Positions 1 through 6,368 of a stretch of DNA of 6,368 nucleotides are shown piece by piece. Position 1 is the stretch's first letter. Every line of letters starts with the position of its first letter. Origin of the DNA: a virus (lineage: Duplodnaviria; Heunggongvirae; Uroviricota; Caudoviricetes); the IMG/VR virus record IMGVR_UViG_2563366822_000001. One strand, given 5' to 3'. The position numbers and the translations under genes are program-made. The notes beneath the pieces are model-generated. The model was given only the letters and a program-made list of their open reading frames with translations. It was not told the DNA's origin and made no database searches.

Positions 1-2093
1 AGAATTTCTGTCATCATGGACAGCACGGAACGGGTGAATCCCCGCCAGTTCTGTTCGCTGCCGGTCAGCATCGCCGCCATATTCTGTGCAATACCGTCAA
101 AGGTCTGCGTGGCCACACTTTTAACCTGCGAAAAACTGTCCGTCGCACTTTCCGCCCACTCTCCCCAGCCGGACTTCATCCCGGCCATCCAGCTTCCACG
201 AAGCTGCTCCTCCGCAGACCAGGTGTTCTTCAGTGCCGATGTGGCCTTCGCCAGCGCAGCCGGATTATCACCGTACACCTCACGAAGGCGCTGCTCTTCC
301 GACTCCCGCTGCGCCTGACGGTCGGTGAGGCCGCGGGCTTTTGCGCTGATTGCCGCCTGCTTCGCGCTTTGCTGCTGTTCAAACCGCGCCGCCTGCTGTG
401 CCAGCTCATTCAGCCGTTTCTGGTGTTCAACTTTGTCTCCCAGCTCAGCCAGCTGGCGTTTGTACTCCAGCGTCTCTTTCTCATGGGTCAGCAGGGATTT
501 TTCCTGCTCAGATAACTGCCGTTTCGTGGCTGCCTCTTTCAGGACCGCATACTGATTTTCCGCTTTCCATAAATCGCGACGCTGCTGGCTGATTTTCTCA
601 TTCGCACCGCTGTGTTTTTCCAGCGTCCGGAGCTCGGTTTCAAGCGCCAGCAGGGCAGCATGCGCCTGGTCTTCCTGACGCTCACCGGCTGACACTTTGA
701 CTCCTGACGACTTCGGCTTTTTCAGCGTCGATTCATAATCCTTTTTCGCCGCCGCCATCAGCGTGTTGTAATCCGCCTGCAGGATTTTCTCGTCTTTCAG
801 GGCCTTATTCAGTTCTTCCTGACGGGCGGTATATTTCTCCAGCGGCGTCAGCAGACGCTCATACGCCTTCTGCGCCTCTCCGGTATACTTCAGCTGTGAT
901 GCGTCCCGTTCGGCCCGGTCCCTGGCCGCCAGTTCACCGGCTTTTTCCATATCCGACTGCAGCGTGGCCGCTGCCAGACCCAGACGGGCATTTTCCCGGT
1001 CATCCCATGCCCCCTGAAGGTTCGCACGAAAAGAGGAGGTCTTTCCCCGGCGCTGGCTCCGGCTCTGGTACCACTGCCATTTTTTATCCGCCTCATCAAA
1101 TGCCTTCTGTGCACTGGCGAGCATATCCGCTGAGGATTCCGGACGACCGATATCCAGAATGGCATCCCACATCGATTTGAATGCCTTCCCTGTTTTATCC
1201 GCCCAGGTCTCCAGTGTTCCCATGTTTTCTTTCAGGCGACGGGTCTGCTCATCAAAGCCTTTCGTGGCGATATCGTTCGCCGCCTGCAATGCCCCGGCCT
1301 CGTCTCCGGAACGCTGCAGCTGTGCAACATACGCAATCTGCTCTGCCGTCACGTTACGGAACTGGCGCGCCATCGCCATCAGTCCCGACGTCGGGTCAGT
1401 GATCAGCTTCCCGAAGGCTTCAGCGACTTTATCCACCTCCACACCGGATGCAGACGCAAAACGCGCGACACTCTGGTTGATGGCATCAAACTGTTCACCA
1501 CCACGCACACCGGCATTCACCAGGGCTGCCAGTGACTCTCTCGCCTGGTTAAACGTCAGCCCTGCTGCCTGCCCGGCTCTTGAGAGCGTCAGCATACGAT
1601 CGGCAGTCAGTCCGGCCTGATTGCCGGAAAGGACCAGCGTTTTATTAAATTCTGAAAGCGTGGCGTCGCCCTGGTACCAGGCGTACGCCAGCGCACCTGT
1701 CGCCACCGCCAGCGAGGTGACCCCGACCATCGGCAGGGTGATCGCACCGGCAAGCCCCCTGAACATGGGGATCATCCCGCCGAAGGAGTCCTTCACCTGA
1801 CCGCCCTGTTGCAGCAGGATCAACCAGGGATTCTGACCACCGGCAAGCTGCGTGGCGATATCCGTAAACTGTGCGGGCAGGGTTCGCATGGCCGCTTTAT
1901 ACTGCCCGACGGAAATCCCGGCTTTTTGTGCAGCCAGCGCCTGGCGGCTCAGGCCCTGTTCAACAGCACTGGCGGTTTTTCTGGCGTCGGTATCCAGACC
2001 TGAAAAATGACGCCTTACCCGGCTCATCTGCTCATCGAAACGGACAGCATCCAGACTCAGGTCAATAACAAGATCACCAACCGGCTGGGACAT
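1..2093 (-). CDS. H: Tail tape measure protein (lambda gpH-like), partial: N-terminal ~697 codons, 3' end beyond window start
   Basis: Manual minus-strand translation from ATG at 2093..2091 stays open to position 1 (codon phase checked at both ends). It begins MSQPVGDLVIDLSLDAVRFDEQMSRVRRHFSGLD..., contains ...NPWLILLQQGGQVKDSFGGMIPMFRGLAGAITLPMVG... and ends ...QTFDGIAQNMAAMLTGSEQNWRGFTRSVLSMMTEI at the window edge; these match my recollection of lambda gpH. RBS GGGAGG about 7 nt upstream (rc of 2101..2108). The start lies inside the 3' end of T (20-nt overlap). It is absent from the ORF track only because its stop codon lies outside the window. Confidence 0.9.
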   Translation of the reverse strand, partial: MSQPVGDLVIDLSLDAVRFDEQMSRVRRHFSGLDTDARKTASAVEQGLSRQALAAQKAGISVGQYKAAMRTLPAQFTDIATQLAGGQNPWLILLQQGGQVKDSFGGMIPMFRGLAGAITLPMVGVTSLAVATGALAYAWYQGDATLSEFNKTLVLSGNQAGLTADRMLTLSRAGQAAGLTFNQARESLAALVNAGVRGGEQFDAINQSVARFASASGVEVDKVAEAFGKLITDPTSGLMAMARQFRNVTAEQIAYVAQLQRSGDEAGALQAANDIATKGFDEQTRRLKENMGTLETWADKTGKAFKSMWDAILDIGRPESSADMLASAQKAFDEADKKWQWYQSRSQRRGKTSSFRANLQGAWDDRENARLGLAAATLQSDMEKAGELAARDRAERDASQLKYTGEAQKAYERLLTPLEKYTARQEELNKALKDEKILQADYNTLMAAAKKDYESTLKKPKSSGVKVSAGERQEDQAHAALLALETELRTLEKHSGANEKISQQRRDLWKAENQYAVLKEAATKRQLSEQEKSLLTHEKETLEYKRQLAELGDKVEHQKRLNELAQQAARFEQQQSAKQAAISAKARGLTDRQAQRESEEQRLREVYGDNPAALAKATSALKNTWSAEEQLRGSWMAGMKSGWGEWAESATDSFSQVKSVATQTFDGIAQNMAAMLTGSEQNWRGFTRSVLSMMTEI

Positions 2094-2945
2094 ATCTCAC
2101 ACCTCCCGGAATCCCCGCTGAAGCCATCATTAATGCGGCATCATCCACCATGACATCCGCCACATCCGCAGACGATAAAATATCGCGCCCTCCGTCCCCA
2201 CCGAACCGGACGCCTCCGGCAAGTCCTGCCGCTTTCTGCATCAGCATTTTGTCCTCATCCGGCCTCTCCACCTGCTCTTCCTCATGCCGGGGGACAAGCA
2301 GACTGAAATCAGAGGGATGCATATCCGGATCGCAAAAAAACAGGCTGAGTACAGCGTACGTCAGCCCGGAAAAATGCATATCCAGCTGGGTATCCTGAAA
2401 ATAATGCGTGCGGTAAAAACGGTGCCAGTCGGCATATTCGGTGGATGTCATCCCGGCAAGCATGGCGCGCCAGTCGGGTCTCCCCATCTCACGCGCCAGT
2501 CTGAGGGCAAAGTTCAGCTCGCCGTCGAAGACTTTCCCGCAGAAAAATCATCATCAGTCAGCGTGTTATTTTTCGCCACTTCAGTAATATCAGTATCCGG
2601 ACGAACAGCTTCGATCATCCCGGACAGGCACAACACCACGTCTTCCGCCCGGGCAATGGCATCGGCAGGCCAGGTGGTGAGCACTTCCTGCTCTATCTTC
2701 ATCACGGCCTCATTCATTGACGGTGACTGCGTTTTCTGTGGATGGTTATGCCACAGGGACATCGCCACCAGAAACGCGCCGGTTCTGACGAGATCTTCCA
2801 CGCTTACCTGCAGGTTGCCGCAGGATTCTGCCTGTTCTGCACGCCGTTTCAGGAGGGCAAGATGCTCGATACGCTGCAGCGCAGACAATTCGGAAAGCGT
2901 GACAGACACACCGTTATATTCAAATTGTTCTGTTTTCAGAAACAT
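2074..2945 (-). CDS. G-T: Tail assembly chaperone G-T fusion product made by programmed -1 ribosomal frameshift (about 290 aa predicted)
   Basis: The G frame (from ATG 2945..2943) contains the heptamer G GGA AAG at 2538..2532 in the correct zero-frame phase. The -1 frame is open from that heptamer to TGA at 2076..2074 and reads GKVFDGELNFALRLAREMGRPDWRAMLAGMTSTEYADWHRFY...GGVRYVPAGW, which is lambda T-like. Gene order and mechanism match lambda G/G-T. Confidence 0.85.
2514..2945 (-). CDS. G: Tail assembly chaperone G (lambda gpG-like), 143 aa
   Basis: ORF MFLKTEQFEYNGVSVTLSELSALQRIEHLALLKRRAEQAES...AMSLWHNHPQKTQSPSMNEAVMKIEQEVLTTW...SAGKSSTAS; recognisable lambda gpG. RBS GGAGGT 5 nt upstream of the ATG (rc of 2951..2956). 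Lies directly downstream of V. Confidence 0.92.
   Translation of the reverse strand: MFLKTEQFEYNGVSVTLSELSALQRIEHLALLKRRAEQAESCGNLQVSVEDLVRTGAFLVAMSLWHNHPQKTQSPSMNEAVMKIEQEVLTTWPADAIARAEDVVLCLSGMIEAVRPDTDITEVAKNNTLTDDDFSAGKSSTAS
2532..2538 (-). other. Programmed -1 ribosomal frameshift slippery heptamer G GGA AAG (G to G-T recoding site)
   Basis: Plus-strand CTTTCCC at 2532..2538 is GGGAAAG on the minus strand, in X XXY YYZ phase within G codons ...GCG GGA AAG TCT..., 6 codons before the G stop. This is the same heptamer type used by lambda G-T. Confidence 0.8.
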
Positions 2946-2958
2946 GTATTACCTCCGT

Positions 2959-3711
2959 TTACCCTGCAGCGCCCGCTTCAGTAACGGTGACTTCAGCCAC
3001 TGCGGCGAACTGACCATTTCCGCTCACCACAGGGATCTGCACCTTACCTGTCGCCACGCCGTTTACCGTAATTGTCATATCTTTCACACTAATGGTGGCT
3101 TTCGACGGATCGGCGGAAACCGCTCTGAACGTCTTGTCGGTTGCACTTTCCGGCTCAAAAGAAACCGTCAGGGTGGTTGTTTTCCCTTTTGCCACCGTAC
3201 CGGATGTCGGCGTCACCTTAATCGCACTGACCGGCGTAATTTTGCTGCGTTCTTCCGCTACAGAAGGTTTACCCACGTTAGTGACTTTCACCGTGCGGGT
3301 GATCACTTCTTTCGCCGTCACGGCCTTACCGATACTGCTGACCCAGCCACGAAACACATCCACCGTGCCATTCGGAAAACGGATTTTATAGGCCCGGACA
3401 TCGCCGCTTTCAAACCAGCCTATAAGCCCTTTCTGGCCTTCCTCTCCCGGTTTCCAGGCCAGCGTAAAACTGGTATCACCTGCAGATTTCTGCCCCTGCC
3501 CGGTCGCGGTCCAGTCCGCGTCTTCATCATCCAGGTAGTTATCATCGTAGGATTCTGCCGTCATCTCGCCCGGCGTCAGATCCTTCACCTTAGCCAGTCG
3601 CTGCCAGTCATCGTCTGACAACGGGTTTGCATAAGCATCACCCTTGCCGTTGTAAACCCACAGAGTGGTACCGGCACCTTTTACCGGCTCAAGGGGATTT
3701 GGTGTTGCCAT
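2959..3711 (-). CDS. V: Major tail tube protein V (lambda gpV-like), 250 aa, with C-terminal Ig-like region
   Basis: [89 protein letters not shown]...[36 protein letters not shown]...; long stretches match lambda gpV as I recall it. ATG at 3711..3709 with GAGGA RBS; stop TAA at 2961..2959. Confidence 0.95.
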   Translation of the reverse strand: MATPNPLEPVKGAGTTLWVYNGKGDAYANPLSDDDWQRLAKVKDLTPGEMTAESYDDNYLDDEDADWTATGQGQKSAGDTSFTLAWKPGEEGQKGLIGWFESGDVRAYKIRFPNGTVDVFRGWVSSIGKAVTAKEVITRTVKVTNVGKPSVAEERSKITPVSAIKVTPTSGTVAKGKTTTLTVSFEPESATDKTFRAVSADPSKATISVKDMTITVNGVATGKVQIPVVSGNGQFAAVAEVTVTEAGAAG

Positions 3712-3718
3712 ATCGTCC

Positions 3719-4114
3719 TCACATCTCGTATGTAATGGAATAAGTCAGATCTGCAGAACTCCATAACGCCATATCGTCATCACGACGATACTCATAGCCC
3801 TGCGTAACCATCGTGGTAATCAGTCCTGCCAGTGCCGGGATCGCGGTCATCGCCGGGTAAATCCGGCTTTCCATCCACTGATCAAGCTCTGAATCCGGTA
3901 CCTGTGCCGGTAAAAACACCTCAATATGCAGCGTGGCCCGCCAGGTATCTGCATCCAGCTCTTCACCGGTATACTCTGCATCCGTCAGATAAACCGCGAT
4001 CGCAGGAAAATCCTCTTCGTCAAAAACAACGGGGCGACCATCAAACAGCGTCGCCCCGTGTTCATGCTGCTCGAGTGCATCCAGCACTGCGGCACGAATG
4101 TCAGTGTGTTTCAT
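3719..4114 (-). CDS. U: Tail terminator protein U (lambda gpU-like), 131 aa
   Basis: [90 protein letters not shown]...[23 protein letters not shown]; near-collinear with lambda gpU (131 aa). Its start overlaps the Z stop as ATGA (4111..4114). Confidence 0.95.
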   Translation of the reverse strand: MKHTDIRAAVLDALEQHEHGATLFDGRPVVFDEEDFPAIAVYLTDAEYTGEELDADTWRATLHIEVFLPAQVPDSELDQWMESRIYPAMTAIPALAGLITTMVTQGYEYRRDDDMALWSSADLTYSITYEM

Positions 4115-4644
4115 CGTTTTATTGCAATCCTCAGTTGTTGTTTCAGCGCGTATGCCAGTTCTTTAGGCAGGCGTTCACGCCGGATACGGTCAACATTCTC
4201 ATCAAATGCCTGTTTCAGTGGGGCCGCCATCGGGATTTTCACCACATCAATGGGGTAACGGTTTTTCCCGGCCACACGCTGCATGACATGCCAGCGACCA
4301 TTTTTTAATCGCTGAATAAATGCCCGCTGATACCGATGCTGACCGGCTTTGAGTATGCTGTCCGGACGACGCCCCGGCATCCTGATCCCCAGCTTAATCA
4401 CAGGGAGATCACCGCGGTTAACGATAATTCTGGCATTCGGATTTCTGACCGTCGCCCGTTTCAGTCTGGACCGTTCCTTAACCAGTTTCCGGCGAACCTT
4501 TGTCTCCCGGGCAACCTGTGATGAAGACTGATTAATCGCCGTTGTGGCCACGCGGTTAATGGCCATTGCTGAAGCCGCCGGAATGGCGTTTTTACGAACC
4601 CGGCTCAGATTGTCAATCGCCTGATCAAGCCCTTTTATCGCCAT
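4111..4644 (-). CDS. Z: Tail completion protein Z (lambda gpZ-like), 177 aa
   Basis: ORF MAIKGLDQAIDNLSRVRKNAIPAASAMAINRVATTAINQSSSQVARETKVRRKLVKERSRLKRATVRNPNARIIVNRGDLPVIKLG...AFIQRLKNGRWHVMQRVAGKNRYPIDVVKIPMAAPL...[25 protein letters not shown]; N- and C-terminal thirds match lambda gpZ as I recall it. ATG at 4644..4642, 15 nt after the FII stop. Confidence 0.93.
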   Translation of the reverse strand: MAIKGLDQAIDNLSRVRKNAIPAASAMAINRVATTAINQSSSQVARETKVRRKLVKERSRLKRATVRNPNARIIVNRGDLPVIKLGIRMPGRRPDSILKAGQHRYQRAFIQRLKNGRWHVMQRVAGKNRYPIDVVKIPMAAPLKQAFDENVDRIRRERLPKELAYALKQQLRIAIKR

Positions 4645-4659
4645 AATTTCACCCTGCGT

Positions 4660-5013
4660 TTATCGTCGCCGGTTAACTGCGGGTGGTTGACCACGGTTGA
4701 GCCACAGATAACAGCTGCCCCCGTCATCCGGAGAAACACGATCCACCCAGAATATCTCACCATTAATGGTCAGCGTGTCACCACGCCGCACGGCACGAAC
4801 CGTATCCGTCCGCACAAATAATGACGGGCTGCTTCCTTCAATACGGACCCCGCCACCGGCAAACCCCAGCGACTCCGGATCATCAAAAACCCCCTGAACT
4901 TCGCTGCCACACTGTGCCCCCGAGGTGAACTGCGCACAGAGCCCCATCACTTCAACGATCGTACTGTCTACCCCGGCGAGGGCAGCATCAAAGGCATTCT
5001 GAAAATCACGCAT
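4660..5013 (-). CDS. FII: Head-tail joining protein FII (lambda gpFII-like), 117 aa
   Basis: ORF MRDFQNAFDAALAGVDSTIVEVMGLCAQFTSGAQCGSEVQGVFDDPESLGFAGGGVRIEGSSPSLFVRTDTVRAVRRGDTLTINGEIFWVDRVSPDDGGSCYLWLNRGQPPAVNRRR; same length as lambda gpFII and with a near-identical C-terminal half. ATG at 5013..5011 overlaps the FI stop by 8 nt. Confidence 0.95.
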   Translation of the reverse strand: MRDFQNAFDAALAGVDSTIVEVMGLCAQFTSGAQCGSEVQGVFDDPESLGFAGGGVRIEGSSPSLFVRTDTVRAVRRGDTLTINGEIFWVDRVSPDDGGSCYLWLNRGQPPAVNRRR

Positions 5014-5389
5014 ATTCAGCCGTTCCGTGCTGTATCATGGCCGTTGCCAGTGATGATGGCACCAGAACACGCATACCCCGTAACGCCAGCTCAACGGGAC
5101 GACCTGTCTCCGGGCAATACCCCATTACTTGCAGGCACTTCCGTACCCGGACGGCTTTAACATCATCCGGAGCATCCGTGTTGTTCAACTGCTCACCATC
5201 GTCTGTGTGATTTTGATCAGCCCCGCTCTCATCAGAGTGCATAATGCCCTCCGGGGAAACAGCAAGCTCCTCTTCCCACTCAGACACACGTTGAGCAATA
5301 TCCGCAGCACTCCCCGACATATCCGCCTCGCGCCCCAGCAGGTCAGCCAGTTGACGAAGACGATTCAGATTTTCTTCTTTTGTTGCCAT
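5006..5389 (-). CDS. FI: FI-like head protein (DNA packaging/head stabilisation accessory protein), 127 aa from the ATG at 5389
   Basis: Positional equivalent of lambda FI between E and FII. Product MATKEENLNRLRQLADLLGREADMSGSAADIAQRVSEWEEELAVSPEGIMHSDESGADQNHTDDGEQLNNTDAPDDVKAVRV...LVPSSLATAMIQHGTAEYA has FI-like size and architecture (helical N-terminus, acidic linker, small C-terminal domain), but sequence similarity to lambda FI is weak from memory. Start chosen at ATG 5389..5387 because a perfect AGGAGG lies 5 nt upstream (rc of 5395..5400); the track's longer ORF (to 5437) would start at GTG inside the upstream hairpin. Confidence 0.72.
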   Translation of the reverse strand: MATKEENLNRLRQLADLLGREADMSGSAADIAQRVSEWEEELAVSPEGIMHSDESGADQNHTDDGEQLNNTDAPDDVKAVRVRKCLQVMGYCPETGRPVELALRGMRVLVPSSLATAMIQHGTAEYA

Positions 5390-5403
5390 CTCAGCCTCCT
5401 GTG

Positions 5404-5432
5404 AAAAAAGACACGGGGGCATTTCGCCCCCG
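5404..5432 (-). terminator. Putative intrinsic (rho-independent) terminator or stabilising hairpin downstream of the major capsid gene
   Basis: Minus strand reads ...AG CGGGGGC GAAAT GCCCCCG TGTC TTTTTT CAC...: a 7-bp all-GC stem (plus 5426..5432 pairing with 5414..5420), a 5-nt loop, and a T6 tract (plus 5404..5409) 4 nt after the stem. It lies 9 nt after the E stop and immediately before the FI Shine-Dalgarno. Confidence 0.45.
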
Positions 5433-5440
5433 CTCACGGA

Positions 5441-6368
5441 TTATTTCACCTGTACCACCACAAACTCATCCGGGTCCGGCAACACCATCAGCGGCGCGGA
5501 CTGCGTCATGGTAAATTCACGGGCGGGATCCCCCACCGTCAGCCAGTGTTTCGGATAACGGGAAGAGGCCACCACACCTTCGGACAACGCCTGCGCATCC
5601 TGAATGGCACCGTAACAACGGATCCCATCTGCAGCAGTATTCCCCAGAACCAGCATGCCCTCCGGCAGATAACGTTTTTCGATACCGTCTTCTGCTATAT
5701 AAGACGTTTTCGCCACCACAATGGCCAGATCGCCGTAATACCCCTTGAAGGACACCACTGCGCCCAGATCTTTCACTGCCGTTTCGAGTTGAGAATTTGA
5801 ACCGCGACGGGTATCCAGTTTTTCGCGGAACAGCTTAAAACCATTCAGAAGACGCCAGACGGTACCGTCCATAATGGCAATATTCACAAGACCGCTGGCC
5901 TGGTCGCAGTAGAGGTCAATATCATGTGTAGGATCGAACGTGTCACGATCCTGTTTTGACCACTCCTTACCACTACCCTGAGTGATGTTATTCTTCGTCG
6001 ACCTGCCAAAATCGACCTCAATTTTCTCGAACTGGTCTCCTTCCATCGTATATTTGCCATACAACACAGCATTTACCGCCTGTATTTCTTCCACCTGGAC
6101 AATCGCGTGCTCTTCCTGTTTGAGGTTATCGGTAATGATACGCAGACGGCGGTAAGCCGGATCGTTCAGTTGAGCCGGATCTTCACCAGGAAGGCGCTCA
6201 ACCGCCTGCTGGTAATTAAATTCGTGTTTCGGCTTGACGTAGCCCGGACGTAACACGCGGGTTTCACCACCACGATGACGCAGCACTTTTCCTTCAACAA
6301 CCGGGGAGACATAGGCCGCCACCGGCGTTTTTCCGGTAATTTTGTCCAGCATCACCTCTTCGGTATGG
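5441..6368 (-). CDS. E: Major capsid protein (lambda gpE-like), partial: N-terminus beyond window end
   Basis: The frame is open from the window edge (6368) to TAA at 5443..5441. Translation ...AAYVSPVVEGKVLRHRGGETRVLRPGYVKPKHEFNYQQAVERLPGEDPAQLNDPAYRRLRI...EKLDTRRGSNSQLETAVKDLGAVVSFKGYYGDLAIVV...GDPAREFTMTQSAPLMVLPDPDEFVVVQVK shares conserved blocks with lambda gpE (YVSP, PGYVKPKHE, DPAYRRxRI, KLDTRRGSNSxLETAVKDLG, TGDPAREFTMxQSAPLM, DPDEFVxVQ). The track's start at 6355 is a GTG artefact; the true start is upstream of the window. Confidence 0.92.
   Translation of the reverse strand, partial: HTEEVMLDKITGKTPVAAYVSPVVEGKVLRHRGGETRVLRPGYVKPKHEFNYQQAVERLPGEDPAQLNDPAYRRLRIITDNLKQEEHAIVQVEEIQAVNAVLYGKYTMEGDQFEKIEVDFGRSTKNNITQGSGKEWSKQDRDTFDPTHDIDLYCDQASGLVNIAIMDGTVWRLLNGFKLFREKLDTRRGSNSQLETAVKDLGAVVSFKGYYGDLAIVVAKTSYIAEDGIEKRYLPEGMLVLGNTAADGIRCYGAIQDAQALSEGVVASSRYPKHWLTVGDPAREFTMTQSAPLMVLPDPDEFVVVQVK

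Noticed and set aside
890-1165. A 91-aa minus-strand ORF in an alternative frame inside H
   Set aside because: The H frame is open and lambda-like straight through this region, so no frameshift is needed. The ORF's product (Arg/Pro/Trp-rich) is not protein-like, so it is not an embedded gene.
16-2068. Multiple plus-strand ORFs (16..318, 325..555, 350..592, 896..1180, 1159..1620, 1181..1402, 1809..2003, 1871..2068)
   Set aside because: All lie antisense to the continuous minus-strand tape measure (H) reading frame. Their translations are Ala/Ser/Pro/Arg/Cys-rich and lack RBS context. They are artefacts of the opposite-strand gene.
2150-2984. Plus-strand ORFs 2150..2398 and 2742..2984
   Set aside because: Antisense to T and G respectively, which are well supported.
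2284-3618. A 444-aa plus-strand ORF, the longest in the track
   Set aside because: It runs antisense across the G-T, G and V genes, whose minus-strand products are confidently recognisable. Its translation is Cys/Arg/His-rich low-complexity sequence with no recognisable fold motifs. Long antisense open frames are common opposite GC-rich genes whose codon usage avoids the reverse complements of stop codons.
5390-5437. Longer version of the FI ORF starting at 5437 (MSGGEMPPCLFSQEAEM...)
   Set aside because: That start would be a GTG lying inside the post-capsid hairpin with no Shine-Dalgarno, whereas the in-frame ATG at 5389 has a perfect AGGAGG 5 nt upstream.
3092-5800. Plus-strand ORFs 3092..3391, 3832..4308, 3926..4258, 4336..4521, 4349..4531, 5129..5404 and 5546..5800, and the minus-strand ORF 5884..6072
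   Set aside because: All are antisense to, or out of frame within, V, U, Z, FI or E. None has a convincing start context or protein-like composition.
6353-6355. Track-reported start of the capsid ORF at 6355
   Set aside because: The codon is GTG and the frame stays open to the window edge. Conserved capsid sequence requires about 40 or more further N-terminal residues, so the true start is outside the window.
1-6368. A novel defence, toxin or other accessory system hidden in the window
   Set aside because: The whole window is accounted for by nine collinear, tightly coupled lambda-type structural genes. The only non-coding gap longer than 16 nt is the 51-nt hairpin spacer after E. There is no space or signal (CRISPR repeats, inverted-repeat ends, tRNA, divergent promoter) for an independent system.
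1-6368. Chi site (GCTGGTGG or its complement) scan
   Set aside because: I found no exact octamer on either strand by visual scanning. A manual scan is error-prone, so this is not reported as a finding either way.

Overview
This window is a contiguous piece of a lambda-type (lambdoid siphovirus, Enterobacteriaceae-like) late structural operon, entirely encoded on the minus strand and tightly packed. Reading in transcription order (high to low coordinates): major capsid protein E (5'-truncated by the window edge), head-DNA stabilisation/packaging protein FI-like, head-tail joining protein FII, tail terminator/completion proteins Z and U, major tail tube protein V, tail assembly chaperone G with its programmed -1 frameshift extension G-T, and the first ~697 codons of tape measure protein H (runs off the window at position 1). 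Identification rests on my own translation of the ORFs and on recognition of the lambda gene products from memory; no database search was run. Essentially all plus-strand ORFs in the track are antisense artefacts of these genes. I see no RNA genes, CRISPR array, transposon, integrase or inserted accessory (moron) cargo, and there is no unexplained intergenic space apart from a 51-nt gap after the capsid gene that holds a hairpin and T-tract. I therefore do not find a novel system here. The points worth a second look are the conserved G GGA AAG recoding site, the terminator-like hairpin after the capsid gene, and an apparent head-versus-tail mosaic divergence pattern.
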